Assembly (NCBI GenBank): GCA_040902435.1
Contig: JBBDXG010000019.1
Coordinates: forward strand, 42,779 to 106,778
DNA length: 64,000 nt
Direction: 5' to 3'
DNA from: Fimbriimonadaceae bacterium
GTDB taxonomy: Bacteria; Armatimonadota; Fimbriimonadia; Fimbriimonadales; Fimbriimonadaceae
Shown in pieces: positions 17,153-27,494 of this stretch (positions are counted from its first letter, which is position 1; each line of letters begins with the position of its first letter). A program made the position numbers and the translations under genes. Below the pieces are notes generated by a model. The model was not told the origin of the DNA. It worked only from the letters and a program-made list of their open reading frames with translations, and ran no database searches.

Positions 17153-17845
17153 ATGATCCCCCTCCGCGATAACCTCGAATCGCGCGAGAAGCCGATCGTC
17201 ACGTGGACGCTGATCGGGCTCAACCTCTTTCTCTTCCTTTGGGACAGAGAGTGGTCGTGGAGCGGTTATAGCGTCGCGTTCGCCGACATGGCGATGCGCC
17301 CGTCCGAGGTCGTCGCCGCGATGACCGGCCAGGGCGACCCGATGGAGCTGGGAAAGCTCTTCACGAGCATGTTCCTGCACGGCTCGGCGTGGCACTTGAT
17401 CGGAAACATGCTGTACCTGCTCGCCTTTGGGGGCAACGTGGAGACAGCTCTCGGCGGGCTACGGTTCGCGCTCTACTACCTCTTTTGGGGGCTCTTCGCG
17501 AGCGCGGCGCACATGTTCGTCAGCCCGGCTTCGGACATCCCGACCCTGGGGGCGTCTGGTGCGATCGGCGGTGTGCTCGGGTGCTATTTTCTGCTGTTCC
17601 CGGGCAACCGTGTGCAAGTGCTGATCCCGCCGCTGATTTTCTGGGTCTTCGCGTTCCCCGCGTGGATCCTGCTCGGTCTTTGGTTCGTATTCCAGGTTCT
17701 CGTGCCACAGTCTGGTGTGGCGAACTGGGCGCACGCTGGCGGGTTCCTGGCCGGGATGGTGACGGTGCTCGTCATGGGCGGTCGTGAGAAAGTCTTGAAG
17801 GACTCGGTGTTCGAGAAGGTGGAACTGGAGGAGGACTATGTCTAA
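17153..17845 (+). CDS. Rhomboid family intramembrane serine protease
   Basis: The product has multiple TM helices. HGSAWHLIGNMLYL, the catalytic GASGAIGGVLG and HAGGFLAG are all present. Confidence 0.85.
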   Translation: MIPLRDNLESREKPIVTWTLIGLNLFLFLWDREWSWSGYSVAFADMAMRPSEVVAAMTGQGDPMELGKLFTSMFLHGSAWHLIGNMLYLLAFGGNVETALGGLRFALYYLFWGLFASAAHMFVSPASDIPTLGASGAIGGVLGCYFLLFPGNRVQVLIPPLIFWVFAFPAWILLGLWFVFQVLVPQSGVANWAHAGGFLAGMVTVLVMGGREKVLKDSVFEKVELEEDYV

Positions 17846-19730
17846 GGCGCCGTGGTGGGTGTGGGCTTCCGTCTTCGCCTGCGCCGTCGCGTCGCTTGTC
17901 TCGATCTCGGCGCGTCACAAGTCCGAGTCGTCCAACCGCGCGGTCGGGCTGATGATGGAGATGTCCGACGTCGAGTCGCTCGCCCTAGCGGCGGGGGTCC
18001 CGACGTCCGAGGCGCTCGGGTCGCTGAAGCAGCAAGGGCTGACGGGCGTCGCGATCACCGAAGAGACCGTTCAAGACCTCTTGGACCGGCAGTTGGTCAG
18101 ATGGGACGGCGATTCTCTTGTCGCAACTTCGCTTCCCGATCTCAGAAGCGATGCTACGTATGAAGACAACGCAGCCCCCTTCGCGCTAGCGAGAGCGGTG
18201 AACGCCTTCACTGTCAGAGATATCGGTGAACTGATTATCCGCCAGAGCGGCGCGAACGGAGGAGAACTTACGTGGAAGATCCCTCGCGTTACGACCTCGC
18301 GCGATGCGGCGATGGCGGTGATGCGGACCCCCGTCGGGATTGACCCGGCCTCGATCAAGACCGTGACCGACGCTGGCCTCGTCGCGGTCGCGCGGCTGTA
18401 CAACGAGCCCGGCATACGGCCAGACATCATCACATCGAGCCTTCGCAACGCATCGCAGGCTGGCGCGACAGCGTTTCTCATCGGCGGCGACGAGGCGATC
18501 GGGAACCGCGACCAGATCGGCGTGACCGCTGAGTCTATAAGGATCCTCGGCATGACCTATCTCTCTCCCGAGTTCGTCGTGCTCGGCGGCGACGCGTTCC
18601 TGCGCCGCGAGCTGGCGGACAGCACGATCCGGCTGCACTCGATCTCACAGATCGAGGGCGAGAGGATGTCGCCGGGCGAGTTCCGCGAGAGGATGGCGAA
18701 GGCGTTCCGCGAGCGCGACGTGCGATGGCTGCTCTTGCGTCCGACGTCGAAGTCGAGCAAGGAGCCGCTGGCGCAAGCGGGCGAGACTCTCGCAACGCTT
18801 AACCGCGCGATACAGAAGGTCGGCGGAGTCGTCAAGGAGCCGCGCCCGTTCGAAGAGCCCGCAGTGCAAAGTTGGATGGCGGGCGTCATCGCGCTGCTCG
18901 CGCTGCCAGCGGTCGTATGGACGCTCTTCGCCGCGTTCGGCAAAAACTGGTTTGGTCTGACCTGCGCTGCGATCGCCGCGATCGCAAGCGGGGCTGCGTT
19001 CCTATCTGGGTACCGCGAGTACGCGGCGCTCGTCATCGCGACGGCGTTCCCTGTGCTCGGTTTTCTGACGATCGCTCCTAAGGGGCAGCTCAAAAGCTCT
19101 ACTCACCCGATGCTCTCGTTTGGGATCGTTTCTCTCGTGAGCCTCGCCGGCGGGCTGTGCGTCGCAGGAATGCTCGTCGGGCTCGACTACATGCTTCGCA
19201 ACGACGCGTTCATGGGGGTGAAGTTTGCGATGTTCGTGCCCGTGCTCGTCGTGGGGTTGTTGCTGTTGCGCTCTCAGGGCCCGATACGCGAGACGATGAA
19301 CAAGCCGGTGACGTGGCTGGCTGCTTCGGTTTCGCTAGTCGGGCTGGCCGTGATCGCTCTGGTGGCGCTGCGCTCCGGCAACGAGAACCCGACGGCCGTT
19401 TCTTCTCTCGAGTTGCAGCTCCGCTCTCTTCTCGACAACATCCTGCTCGTTCGGCCGCGGTCGAAGGAGGTCGCGTTCGGGCATCCGGCGATGGTGCTCG
19501 GGCTCTGCCTTGCGGCCTACCGTCCGAACCTTCGGGGATGGGCTGCGCTGCTGATCGTGGCCGGCATGGTGGGCCAAACGAGCGTCGTGAACACCCTGTG
19601 CCACCTGCACACGCCGGTCTTGTTGAGCCTACAGAGGATCGGGGTCGGGCTTGTAGTCGGCGGTATAATCGGCCTTCTTGTCTGGCTGATAGCAAGGCGT
19701 TGGACCCCCAAAATGGAGACCGCAGACTGA
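17838..19730 (+). CDS. Polytopic membrane protein (resembles the DUF5693 family that often neighbours csaB)
   Basis: The 630-aa product has an N-terminal TM helix, a soluble domain of about 330 aa, then roughly 9-10 TM helices. It overlaps the rhomboid stop by 8 nt and abuts csaB. The family assignment is from memory only. Confidence 0.5.
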   Translation: MSKAPWWVWASVFACAVASLVSISARHKSESSNRAVGLMMEMSDVESLALAAGVPTSEALGSLKQQGLTGVAITEETVQDLLDRQLVRWDGDSLVATSLPDLRSDATYEDNAAPFALARAVNAFTVRDIGELIIRQSGANGGELTWKIPRVTTSRDAAMAVMRTPVGIDPASIKTVTDAGLVAVARLYNEPGIRPDIITSSLRNASQAGATAFLIGGDEAIGNRDQIGVTAESIRILGMTYLSPEFVVLGGDAFLRRELADSTIRLHSISQIEGERMSPGEFRERMAKAFRERDVRWLLLRPTSKSSKEPLAQAGETLATLNRAIQKVGGVVKEPRPFEEPAVQSWMAGVIALLALPAVVWTLFAAFGKNWFGLTCAAIAAIASGAAFLSGYREYAALVIATAFPVLGFLTIAPKGQLKSSTHPMLSFGIVSLVSLAGGLCVAGMLVGLDYMLRNDAFMGVKFAMFVPVLVVGLLLLRSQGPIRETMNKPVTWLAASVSLVGLAVIALVALRSGNENPTAVSSLELQLRSLLDNILLVRPRSKEVAFGHPAMVLGLCLAAYRPNLRGWAALLIVAGMVGQTSVVNTLCHLHTPVLLSLQRIGVGLVVGGIIGLLVWLIARRWTPKMETAD

Positions 19731-19731
19731 G

Positions 19732-20802
19732 ATGGCGAAACGCCTCGTGCTGGCCGGTTATTTTGGCAGAGGGAACTTAGGGGACGACGCGATCCTGTTG
19801 GGCTTTACTAAGGCTATCGCGGACAAGGGTTATGAGTACACGATCCTTGCCGGAAAGCCCGAGCTCTTGATGCGAGAGTACGGCCTGCGCAGCATCAGCC
19901 ACGTTGACTTCAGGTCCATCCAGTCGAACATCGAGGCGGGCGACGCACTTGTCTTCCCCGGCGGCAGCATCTTCCAGGACGTCTCGAGCGCGCGGAGCGT
20001 CGCCTATTACGCCAACCTCGTGAAGATGGCCAAGAAGGCGAACAAGAAGGTCGTCATGCTCGGCCAAGGCGTCGGCCCGCTCAACGGCTTCATCGGCAAG
20101 AGGCTGGCGTCGGCCGCGTTTTCCGCCGCCGACGTGATCGCTGTGCGCGACAAGGAATCGGTGAAGACGCTGCAAGATCTGGGGGTGCGCGGTTCGTTCC
20201 GCGTGACCGCCGACATGGCGTTCCTCCTACCGGTGCCCAAACACGAGCAGGGCCAACAGCAGTACGGCGTCGGCACGATGAAGTCCGTCGGCGTGAACGC
20301 GCGGCCCTCGGGCAGCGACAAGCACGTGGTCAAGGTCTTCAGCAAGCTGTTGCGCCTGCTGTTCGAAAATGGATGGGTGCCGACAATGATCGAAATGGAC
20401 CGCGAACTCGACCGACCGATCATTGACAAGATTGGAAAGGAGCACGGAGGCAAGGTGCCCGAGATCAGGAACATCGGGAGCTGCGTCCAGCTGCAAGAGC
20501 GGATCATGCGGATGGACGCCGTGATCGGGATGCGGCTGCACGCTGGGATCCTCGCTACCACCGTTGGGGTCCCGGCCTATATGGTGAGCTACGACCCAAA
20601 GGTGACGGCTTTCACGAACGCAATGGGGTACCCGACCCCTCTGAACATAGCGGACGCCACTCCCGAGAGGATCTTCGACGGGTTCCAGGGGTTTATAAAG
20701 GACCGGGAGCGCCTGGCCGTCACAGTCTCCCACAAGCGCGATGAGCTCAAGAACCTGGCCCAAGGGAACATCGAGGTGCTGGCCTCTACCGTCGGCACGT
20801 AG
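19732..20802 (+). CDS. csaB: Polysaccharide pyruvyl transferase CsaB
   Basis: LVLAGYFGRGNLGDDAILLGF..., FPGGSIFQDVSSARSVAYYANLV, LGQGVGPL and VRDKES match the CsaB-type pyruvyl transferase pattern. Confidence 0.8.
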   Translation: MAKRLVLAGYFGRGNLGDDAILLGFTKAIADKGYEYTILAGKPELLMREYGLRSISHVDFRSIQSNIEAGDALVFPGGSIFQDVSSARSVAYYANLVKMAKKANKKVVMLGQGVGPLNGFIGKRLASAAFSAADVIAVRDKESVKTLQDLGVRGSFRVTADMAFLLPVPKHEQGQQQYGVGTMKSVGVNARPSGSDKHVVKVFSKLLRLLFENGWVPTMIEMDRELDRPIIDKIGKEHGGKVPEIRNIGSCVQLQERIMRMDAVIGMRLHAGILATTVGVPAYMVSYDPKVTAFTNAMGYPTPLNIADATPERIFDGFQGFIKDRERLAVTVSHKRDELKNLAQGNIEVLASTVGT

Positions 20803-23359
20803 CCTGCTTGCGGCCGCCCTCCTTTGCGCCTGCGGCGACGTGGCGTTGGCGCAGGCGGGCCTCGGGCTACCCCGATGGATGCAGGAGCAGCTCGTCCAGC
20901 GAATCAGCATCAGCGGCTACCGCAGGCTCTCCTACCACGACCACGCGGTAAGCGGCGACGGCGAGGCGTTCGAGCTCGGCAACTACGGCGGTCAAGGCGA
21001 CAAGGCGTTCACGGACTTCGGGAACGTGAGGGTGACCGGCAGAGAGGTGTTCGGTGCGGTCAACTTCGAGTTCGTGATCCAGGACAGCAGGTACCAGGAT
21101 CCACAGGGCCAGCGGTTCAGCATTGACTACGAGCGGGGCCCCTGGAAGGCGAACCTGGGCGACATCCGCGGCAGCCTCTTGAACACGAACCGGTTTGCGA
21201 CGTTCACCAAGACCCTGCGCGGCGTCTCGTTCGGTTACTCTGCCGGGGGGTTCAGCGCAAAGACCGTCGTCAGCGACGTCAAGGGCGCGCCGCGGACCGT
21301 GACGATCCAAGGGACGAACAGCGCCGGCCCGTACTACCTTCAGAGCGCGCAGATCGTGCGCGGATCCGAACACATCCAAGTGGACGGCGTGCCGAAGACG
21401 CTGGGCGAGGACTACATCATCAACTACGAGATCGGCGCGATCACGTTCGTGAACCGCTCGACAGGCGTCGGCACGATCATTCCGCCGACGAGCACGATCG
21501 TCGCGTCCTACGAAGTGTTCGGGTTCAGCGGGTCGCGCGGACGCATTGACGCGCTCGGTCTGCTCTACAACTTCAACGACGTCGTCTCGGTCGGCTTGAC
21601 GGGGATGCAGCAGATGCGTGGAGGGAGCGGCGGGCTCTCGACGCGGCTGGAGAAGTTCCAGGGCTTCGGCCCTCCTTCTACGCCCTACTTCTTGCAGTTC
21701 GAACCGCTCGAGACCGAACCGATCATCGTCCGCGTCAACGGCATCCTTCAGACCGAGTTCGTGGACTACTTCTTCGACGACGAGAACCCGAGCATCTTCT
21801 TTTTCACGCGGTTCATGCCGGCGACCGACAACATTGACGTGATCTATACGCCCAAACCGACGTCCACGGTGGACGGCGACCGCCAGATCGTGGGGTACGA
21901 CGTCAACTTCCCACTTGGTCGCGGCGGATCCGCAGGGAGCCTGAAGTTCAGCGAGGCCACGGGGCGGCTGACGAACACGCCCACGCCGACCTCCGGCACG
22001 GCCCGCGGGATTGACCTTCGCTACGGCACGGGCGGCCTAGCGTTCGTCGCCTCGCTCCGTCGCATACCCGCGGGCTATGTGAACATCGAGACGACAGGGT
22101 TCAACAGGAACGAAGACGCGATGGACTACAACGCGACTTGGCGGCCCGAGGGGCTGTTCAACTACGGGCTCAATTACACGAACGCGGCCATCACGTCGCG
22201 GTTTGTGGACTCCGGCGGAGAAGTGACCCTCCTTAAGAACCGGTTTACTAAGGCGGGCGCGAGCGTCGGCTACGGCGCGTCCACCGGCATGCCATGGACG
22301 ATGGAGTTCGCGAAGACGCAATCGAGGAACCCTCAGGGCGAGACACAGGTCGCGACGACTAGCCTCTCTACGAGCCGCGCAGCAGCGAACTGGAACTGGA
22401 GCGTGGGAGTGCAGCACCAGGACGCGCGAGGGCCGGTGACCGAAGACACGGGCACGACGATCAAGAGCCTATCGATAGACACACTGAACCTGCGCGGGGC
22501 ATTTCGGCCAAGCCCCGTCTGGAACGTATCGCTGAGCACCGGCCTGAGCCAAATCCGCTCCGAGGGCGATGAGGGGCTGGGACGGGACGTACAGGCCACC
22601 GTGCAATGGAAGCCGAACGACGCGTTCGACACGACGCTTTCGGTCCAAGACAGCGACGCCGGCCAGCTCGCCACCTTCGGTTTCATCAACGGCTATGGGC
22701 TGGGCTACAACGGCAATGGCTTCAGCGGTGGCACCGGCCAGAGCGGGCTGCTCAGCGCCACCAAGGTCCGCGCCTACACACTGCGCAGCACTTGGAGCCC
22801 GGGCAGCGAGCTCAGCTTCAACGCGCGAGGCTATACGCGCCTGACCGAGGGCTCGTTCAGCTCGAACACGCGGACCGACGGCGTCGGGTTCGACGCGAGC
22901 TGGCTGATCAACGACCACACGAACCTGCAGGGCTCGATTGACACGAGCCGCACGATATTCACCGGTTCGCCCCTGACCAGCGCGAACACGGTCCTGAGCG
23001 GGTACCTCGACTGGGCGCCGCCGGGGCCCTGGAGCTGGCACTCCGGGCTCAACTTCTTCGTGTCAAGCGGGGCTGGCGGTTTCAACCAGACCTCGTCCTC
23101 GATTGACGCAGCGCTCGGCTACAAGCTGAGCCAGCGCCAGACTCTCGGCCTGAACCTCTATCAAACAGCCAGCACCGGGCAGTTCGCGCAGGACGATTTC
23201 GATCTCTCGGTCGCCTACCGCTACCAGATTTGGCGAAGCGTGGCCCTCCAGGCCTCCTACAGGTTCCGGGACGTCACGAACAAAGACCCACTGGCGGCGA
23301 CCGGCGCGTACAGGTCGCGCGGGTTCGACGTAGAACTTGTATTCAACTTCGGTTCGTAA
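20741..23359 (+). CDS. Large (872 aa) beta-rich outer-membrane/surface protein, function unknown
   Basis: The signal-like N-terminus is ...SLLAAALLCACGDVALAQA. Amphipathic beta-strand periodicity runs throughout the sequence, and the C-terminus is ...FDVELVFNFGS. The start is uncertain, because the ATG at 20741 overlaps csaB by 62 nt. Confidence 0.5.
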   Translation: MSSRTWPKGTSRCWPLPSARSLLAAALLCACGDVALAQAGLGLPRWMQEQLVQRISISGYRRLSYHDHAVSGDGEAFELGNYGGQGDKAFTDFGNVRVTGREVFGAVNFEFVIQDSRYQDPQGQRFSIDYERGPWKANLGDIRGSLLNTNRFATFTKTLRGVSFGYSAGGFSAKTVVSDVKGAPRTVTIQGTNSAGPYYLQSAQIVRGSEHIQVDGVPKTLGEDYIINYEIGAITFVNRSTGVGTIIPPTSTIVASYEVFGFSGSRGRIDALGLLYNFNDVVSVGLTGMQQMRGGSGGLSTRLEKFQGFGPPSTPYFLQFEPLETEPIIVRVNGILQTEFVDYFFDDENPSIFFFTRFMPATDNIDVIYTPKPTSTVDGDRQIVGYDVNFPLGRGGSAGSLKFSEATGRLTNTPTPTSGTARGIDLRYGTGGLAFVASLRRIPAGYVNIETTGFNRNEDAMDYNATWRPEGLFNYGLNYTNAAITSRFVDSGGEVTLLKNRFTKAGASVGYGASTGMPWTMEFAKTQSRNPQGETQVATTSLSTSRAAANWNWSVGVQHQDARGPVTEDTGTTIKSLSIDTLNLRGAFRPSPVWNVSLSTGLSQIRSEGDEGLGRDVQATVQWKPNDAFDTTLSVQDSDAGQLATFGFINGYGLGYNGNGFSGGTGQSGLLSATKVRAYTLRSTWSPGSELSFNARGYTRLTEGSFSSNTRTDGVGFDASWLINDHTNLQGSIDTSRTIFTGSPLTSANTVLSGYLDWAPPGPWSWHSGLNFFVSSGAGGFNQTSSSIDAALGYKLSQRQTLGLNLYQTASTGQFAQDDFDLSVAYRYQIWRSVALQASYRFRDVTNKDPLAATGAYRSRGFDVELVFNFGS

Positions 23360-23402
23360 CGTAGGGCTGGGTTGGACGTTGATTTTGGAGCAGGAGGATT
23401 CA

Positions 23403-24728
23403 ATGAAGAAGTCCACCGTTTTTTGCACTCTATCGCTGGGCCTAGTAGCCCTTTTAGCCGGCTGTGGCGGGATCACCGGGCCCAAGACGGCGACGATCAC
23501 AGGCATCGTCCTCGACGTAGACAGCAACCCGGTCCGGGACGCGAGGGTCTGGACACACGACGCCGAGACGCGGACGTCGTCTAGCGGCACGTACGTCCTC
23601 ACCGCCAACCGGGCGGGGGAGCTGCGCGTGCGCGCCGAGATCGTCAAGGACGGCGTCACCTATCGGGGCTCCAACTGGGCCCTCAACTTCGAAGACGAGC
23701 AGACCCAGAACGTCAACATCGTCGTCGGCGCGGTCCACACGCTGGCCACGGTGCGGGGCACCGTCCGTGACAAAGACGGGTTCTTCCTTGAGAACGCCAA
23801 CGTGTTCGCCTACAACGGCATCGGCAGCTCTGTGCGGGTCTTTACGAACGTGAACGGCGAGTACGAGCTCACCGAGCTGATATCAGGGTTCATCTACACG
23901 GTCACCGCCTCCGCACGCACGTACAGCAACGACGCGGTAGACGTCGTTCTCACGCCTTTGGAGGTCCGCACTGTCAACTTCGTCTTGGGAGACCCGGGCG
24001 TACCCAACTTCGATCCACCGACGAACCTAGACGCAGTGACGTGGGTCTCTCCTGCCGACCCCGGCCGGAGCCCGACTGGCGGCCAGGACCCGTACGCTCA
24101 CTTCAAGAAGAAGTACGACCCCCGCTATCGGCAGGAGTCGTTCTTGGCGGGCCTCACTCGCGTCCAGGGCCGCGGACTGGGCACCGGCCTCCTCGTCGAG
24201 ACCGACCTCTTCTGGGACGAGTTCCTGCACCCTGAGCTCCTCGGGTTTGGGATCTACCGGGCCCCAGGCGCGACATCGTCCTTGAACTTCCTCGACTTTT
24301 CGTCCGACCCGATGGCTCCGTTTTACGTGGACATCGGGATCAACCCGGACTCGACGTACAGCTATGGCGTCACGGCGCTGGCGACGCTCTTCCCCGACTT
24401 TCCGAACACGGAGAGCGACCTGAGCAACATCGTCGTCGTGGACACCCTCAACGAGCTCGAGCTCCTCAACGTCACCTTCGGTCCGCTGACCTTCCGGTGG
24501 CTGAGCGGTTCGGGCGCGGACGAGTACCTGGTGTTCCTGTTCGACAGGTTCCCTGGGGTCGAAGTGGACTGGATCTGGGACAACCAGGGCGACCCTGCTT
24601 TTGGTACCAGTTACCAGTACGACGGCCCTGGCCTGACCCCGGGCCATACATACTACTATCTTGTCCTCGGAACGGCAAACGGCGGCTTTAGTCGAACGAT
24701 CAGCCGCATTGGATCCTTCCAAGGATAG
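23403..24728 (+). CDS. Lipoprotein with carboxypeptidase-regulatory-like (CarboxypepD_reg) domains
   Basis: GGAGCAGGAGG lies upstream of ATG 23403. The N-terminus MKKSTVFCTLSLGLVALLAGCGG carries a lipobox. ITGIVLDVDSNPVRDARVW...SSSGTYVL and VRGTVRDKDGFFLENANVF...NVNGEYEL are typical Cna-B/CarboxypepD_reg repeats. Confidence 0.65.
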   Translation: MKKSTVFCTLSLGLVALLAGCGGITGPKTATITGIVLDVDSNPVRDARVWTHDAETRTSSSGTYVLTANRAGELRVRAEIVKDGVTYRGSNWALNFEDEQTQNVNIVVGAVHTLATVRGTVRDKDGFFLENANVFAYNGIGSSVRVFTNVNGEYELTELISGFIYTVTASARTYSNDAVDVVLTPLEVRTVNFVLGDPGVPNFDPPTNLDAVTWVSPADPGRSPTGGQDPYAHFKKKYDPRYRQESFLAGLTRVQGRGLGTGLLVETDLFWDEFLHPELLGFGIYRAPGATSSLNFLDFSSDPMAPFYVDIGINPDSTYSYGVTALATLFPDFPNTESDLSNIVVVDTLNELELLNVTFGPLTFRWLSGSGADEYLVFLFDRFPGVEVDWIWDNQGDPAFGTSYQYDGPGLTPGHTYYYLVLGTANGGFSRTISRIGSFQG

Positions 24729-24743
24729 AGGTAGTACCGAACA

Positions 24744-27494
24744 GTGCTTCGATTGGACCGGACTCTGCGGCCGCTGCTGGTAGCGGCCGCAGTACTTGTG
24801 CTCTCCCCCCTCACGCTCGCGACAGAACTGCGGGTCGAGGTCGGGGGCTTGCGCTCTATGTCGCCGATCCGCGACTTGACGGACGAGGCCGTGCGACGGT
24901 TCGCGCGGCAGACTGCGCTGCTTGGGCGCCGGCAGCTTGAGGCGTGGTCGCTCACCGGTCGGCTGAAAACGGAGCACACCCTGCCATTGCGCGTCGTGCT
25001 GACGCAAAACGGGGTTCCGATCCGGCCGCCGTTTACGGTCTTCGCCGCCGGTGGCGGCGACATAAGCCTGGTTTTCCACACCTCGCCTCACCCGCGCGCG
25101 TTCCCCGCCGTGTACCAGACGCTGTTGCAGGACACGCTGACGTTGGCGCGCCCGGCGATGAACGCGGTGTTCGGCTCCCCCGCTGTCGGCGGAAACGTCA
25201 CAGTCAGCAACTACGACGCCGACATCCAGGACCGTTACGCGGTCGCGGGCGGGTACTTCATCCCGAACGCGCTCGGCGGGCCGGAGATCCGCTTCCCCGT
25301 CTACAACTCGACCGTCGCCGCTTCGATCAACTTCGTCCACTGCCTGTTGCTCGCGTACCAGAACCCAGAGCCCTACGTGTTCGAGGCGTTCAACGAAGGG
25401 CTCGTGCGCGCAGCGACGATGCGCGTTGCGCGGACGCCAGGCAGCCTCCCCAGCGCGCCGACGCAGTCGGAGATCGAGGCGACCCTCGACAGCCTCTACG
25501 ACGCAAGCGCGTTCTACGACTGGAGCAACCAGTCCGCGCTCGGTTGCGAGACGTTCATCGCGCCCAACCTGCTGAACACGCAGCTGCCTCCTGGCGGCAG
25601 CACAGGCGGGATCTACCTGCTGCGCTACTTGATGGCAGGGACCGCGTTCGCAAAGGTCATCGCAGAACATCCGGCGTTCATCGCGGTGTTCAACGGGCTT
25701 TATTACGCGGACCCCGGCGCGTTTACGACGATGCCCGCACTCGTCGTCCTGGGACAGACTGCGCTCGACACGGTCGCAGGCGGCACGGGGACGATCGAGG
25801 GCATGAGCTTCGCCGACTGGGTGGAGAGGCAGTACATCCTCGACACAGAGACGACGGCTGGCCTGAAGGTCATGCTCAACGCGTTTCCGATTGATGCGAC
25901 CGGCGGCACGAGCGACTTCGGCGTCTTCGGCATCGAGGCCAACGTCTTCCGCACGGACCTCGACGGGAACGAGTCGCTCCTCGTGGGGACTGCGTACCCG
26001 ATCTACTGGCGCCCCGACTTCTCGCGGTTCTTCATGACTGCGCAGGACGACAGAATGAGCATTACGGGCGCGTATGGCTCCGTCGCTCCCAACTTCCCTG
26101 CCGCGACGTTCGGCAACCAGGTCTATCGCGTGGCGGTGGACGTGCCGTTCGGCGGCATGAACTCGCGCGTCGTGCTGCCCGCCGGCGCGTACTCGACCGG
26201 ATCGAGCCCGCTGCCCAAGAACTTCATCGGAACGCTCACGGGGTTCGCGCCACCGTCGAGCGGCGAGTACAGCGTCACGGTCGAGTGGACCTTTGGTGGC
26301 GGAGGCTCGCAAGCTACCATTCCTGTCCGCAACTTCGCTTTTGGCTTCAACATCACGAACGCGAACTTCGTCCCGGCGCAAGCGATCACCGTGCGGCTGT
26401 TCGAAGACACCGGCGGCGGGCCGGTGGAAGTGCACAGCCGACGCGTGAACAAGGGCCTCGGGATGCTCGCGATCAACCTCAGCCACCCCGACTCGGACGC
26501 GACGTGGAACGACACGCTGCAGCCGCGGCTCGAGATGCGCGGCGTGCCGCTACAGCCGTACCGCACCAGGCCGACGGGCGTGTTCGGCATCGCGGAGGGC
26601 GACCTGCTCTTCGCGCACTGGAACCCGACGACCGTCAGCTACGACCTCTTCCCCGACATCTCGCAGACGATGGCCGGCGTCGGCTTCTTCGTCCGGCCTT
26701 CTGTCGCGACGCCGTATTCGGTCAACGGCTACGCTCCGCCGCGGACCCCGGTCTCCGTTTCGCTGCTTCCGGGTTGGAACATGGTCTCGGTGCCGTTCAA
26801 CGACACGCTCGCGACGTCGAACGTCAGTTTCACGGTGGCGACCGAGGCGGTAACGACCTACGCACAGTCGCTCGGGGCGACGATCGGGACGACTGTCTTC
26901 GAGTTTCAGCCCGACGGACTGAACCCCGACGAGGGGACGATGTTTCCTGCGACGACCTTTGTGCCCGGAATGGCCTACTACGTTCGCGCCCTGCGCCCTG
27001 ACGGCGCCGTCATGATCTTCACCCCGACGGTGTTCAGCTTCGTCGGCGGCTCGCAGCCACTCTCGCCTGGCACGCCGCTGCGCGTGCACGGCGACAACAT
27101 GTGGGAGTCAAAGCTGCTGATCGAGAACAGCCGCAGCAAGACGACGTATGCGGTCGTCGGCCAGAGCCGGCACACGTTCCGCGGCTTCGACCCGAGAATA
27201 GACTCCGAGCTCCCGCCGACTGTCGGCGGTCTGCAGGTCGCCGTGATGACCGAGCGCGCGATGTTCAAGGACGTGAACGTGCTCGGCGACACCGAGACGT
27301 TCCGCGTGCTGGTGAAGGGGCTGGTGCCTGGTGAGCGCTGCGTCCTCAAGTGGTCGCCGCTCGTCGGTCGAAAGTCCGTGACGCTGTACGACGTCGAGAC
27401 TCGGCGCACGAAGCGCCTCAGCGAGGACGGCAGCTTTGTCTTCAACGCCGCAGGAAGCACGCACCGGTTTGAAGTCCGGGTGGGAGGACGATGA
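24744..27494 (+). CDS. Large (916 aa) secreted protein, function unknown
   Basis: The start is GTG. The signal peptide is LRPLLVAAAVLVLSPLTLA. Codon usage is consistent with neighbouring genes. I recognise no catalytic motif. Confidence 0.55.
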   Translation: MLRLDRTLRPLLVAAAVLVLSPLTLATELRVEVGGLRSMSPIRDLTDEAVRRFARQTALLGRRQLEAWSLTGRLKTEHTLPLRVVLTQNGVPIRPPFTVFAAGGGDISLVFHTSPHPRAFPAVYQTLLQDTLTLARPAMNAVFGSPAVGGNVTVSNYDADIQDRYAVAGGYFIPNALGGPEIRFPVYNSTVAASINFVHCLLLAYQNPEPYVFEAFNEGLVRAATMRVARTPGSLPSAPTQSEIEATLDSLYDASAFYDWSNQSALGCETFIAPNLLNTQLPPGGSTGGIYLLRYLMAGTAFAKVIAEHPAFIAVFNGLYYADPGAFTTMPALVVLGQTALDTVAGGTGTIEGMSFADWVERQYILDTETTAGLKVMLNAFPIDATGGTSDFGVFGIEANVFRTDLDGNESLLVGTAYPIYWRPDFSRFFMTAQDDRMSITGAYGSVAPNFPAATFGNQVYRVAVDVPFGGMNSRVVLPAGAYSTGSSPLPKNFIGTLTGFAPPSSGEYSVTVEWTFGGGGSQATIPVRNFAFGFNITNANFVPAQAITVRLFEDTGGGPVEVHSRRVNKGLGMLAINLSHPDSDATWNDTLQPRLEMRGVPLQPYRTRPTGVFGIAEGDLLFAHWNPTTVSYDLFPDISQTMAGVGFFVRPSVATPYSVNGYAPPRTPVSVSLLPGWNMVSVPFNDTLATSNVSFTVATEAVTTYAQSLGATIGTTVFEFQPDGLNPDEGTMFPATTFVPGMAYYVRALRPDGAVMIFTPTVFSFVGGSQPLSPGTPLRVHGDNMWESKLLIENSRSKTTYAVVGQSRHTFRGFDPRIDSELPPTVGGLQVAVMTERAMFKDVNVLGDTETFRVLVKGLVPGERCVLKWSPLVGRKSVTLYDVETRRTKRLSEDGSFVFNAAGSTHRFEVRVGGR

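Noticed and set aside
25320-25400. A possible degenerate gluzincin (HExxH...E) motif, VHCLLLAYQNPEPYVFEAFNEG, in the 916-aa secreted protein.
   Set aside because: The Glu and second His of HExxH are missing and the spacing to NEG is off by about 4 residues. The resemblance is too weak to call without a profile search.
24027-26486. Very long antisense or alternate-frame ORFs. Examples are the 819-aa minus ORF here, plus 6036..7262(-), 15200..16570(-), 50614..51951(+), 54537..56102(+), 56544..57470(-) and 58921..60021(+).
   Set aside because: These are typical high-GC shadow ORFs. Their translations are Arg/Pro/Ala/Gly-rich with no motifs, and each lies entirely opposite or out of frame to a gene with strong family signatures.
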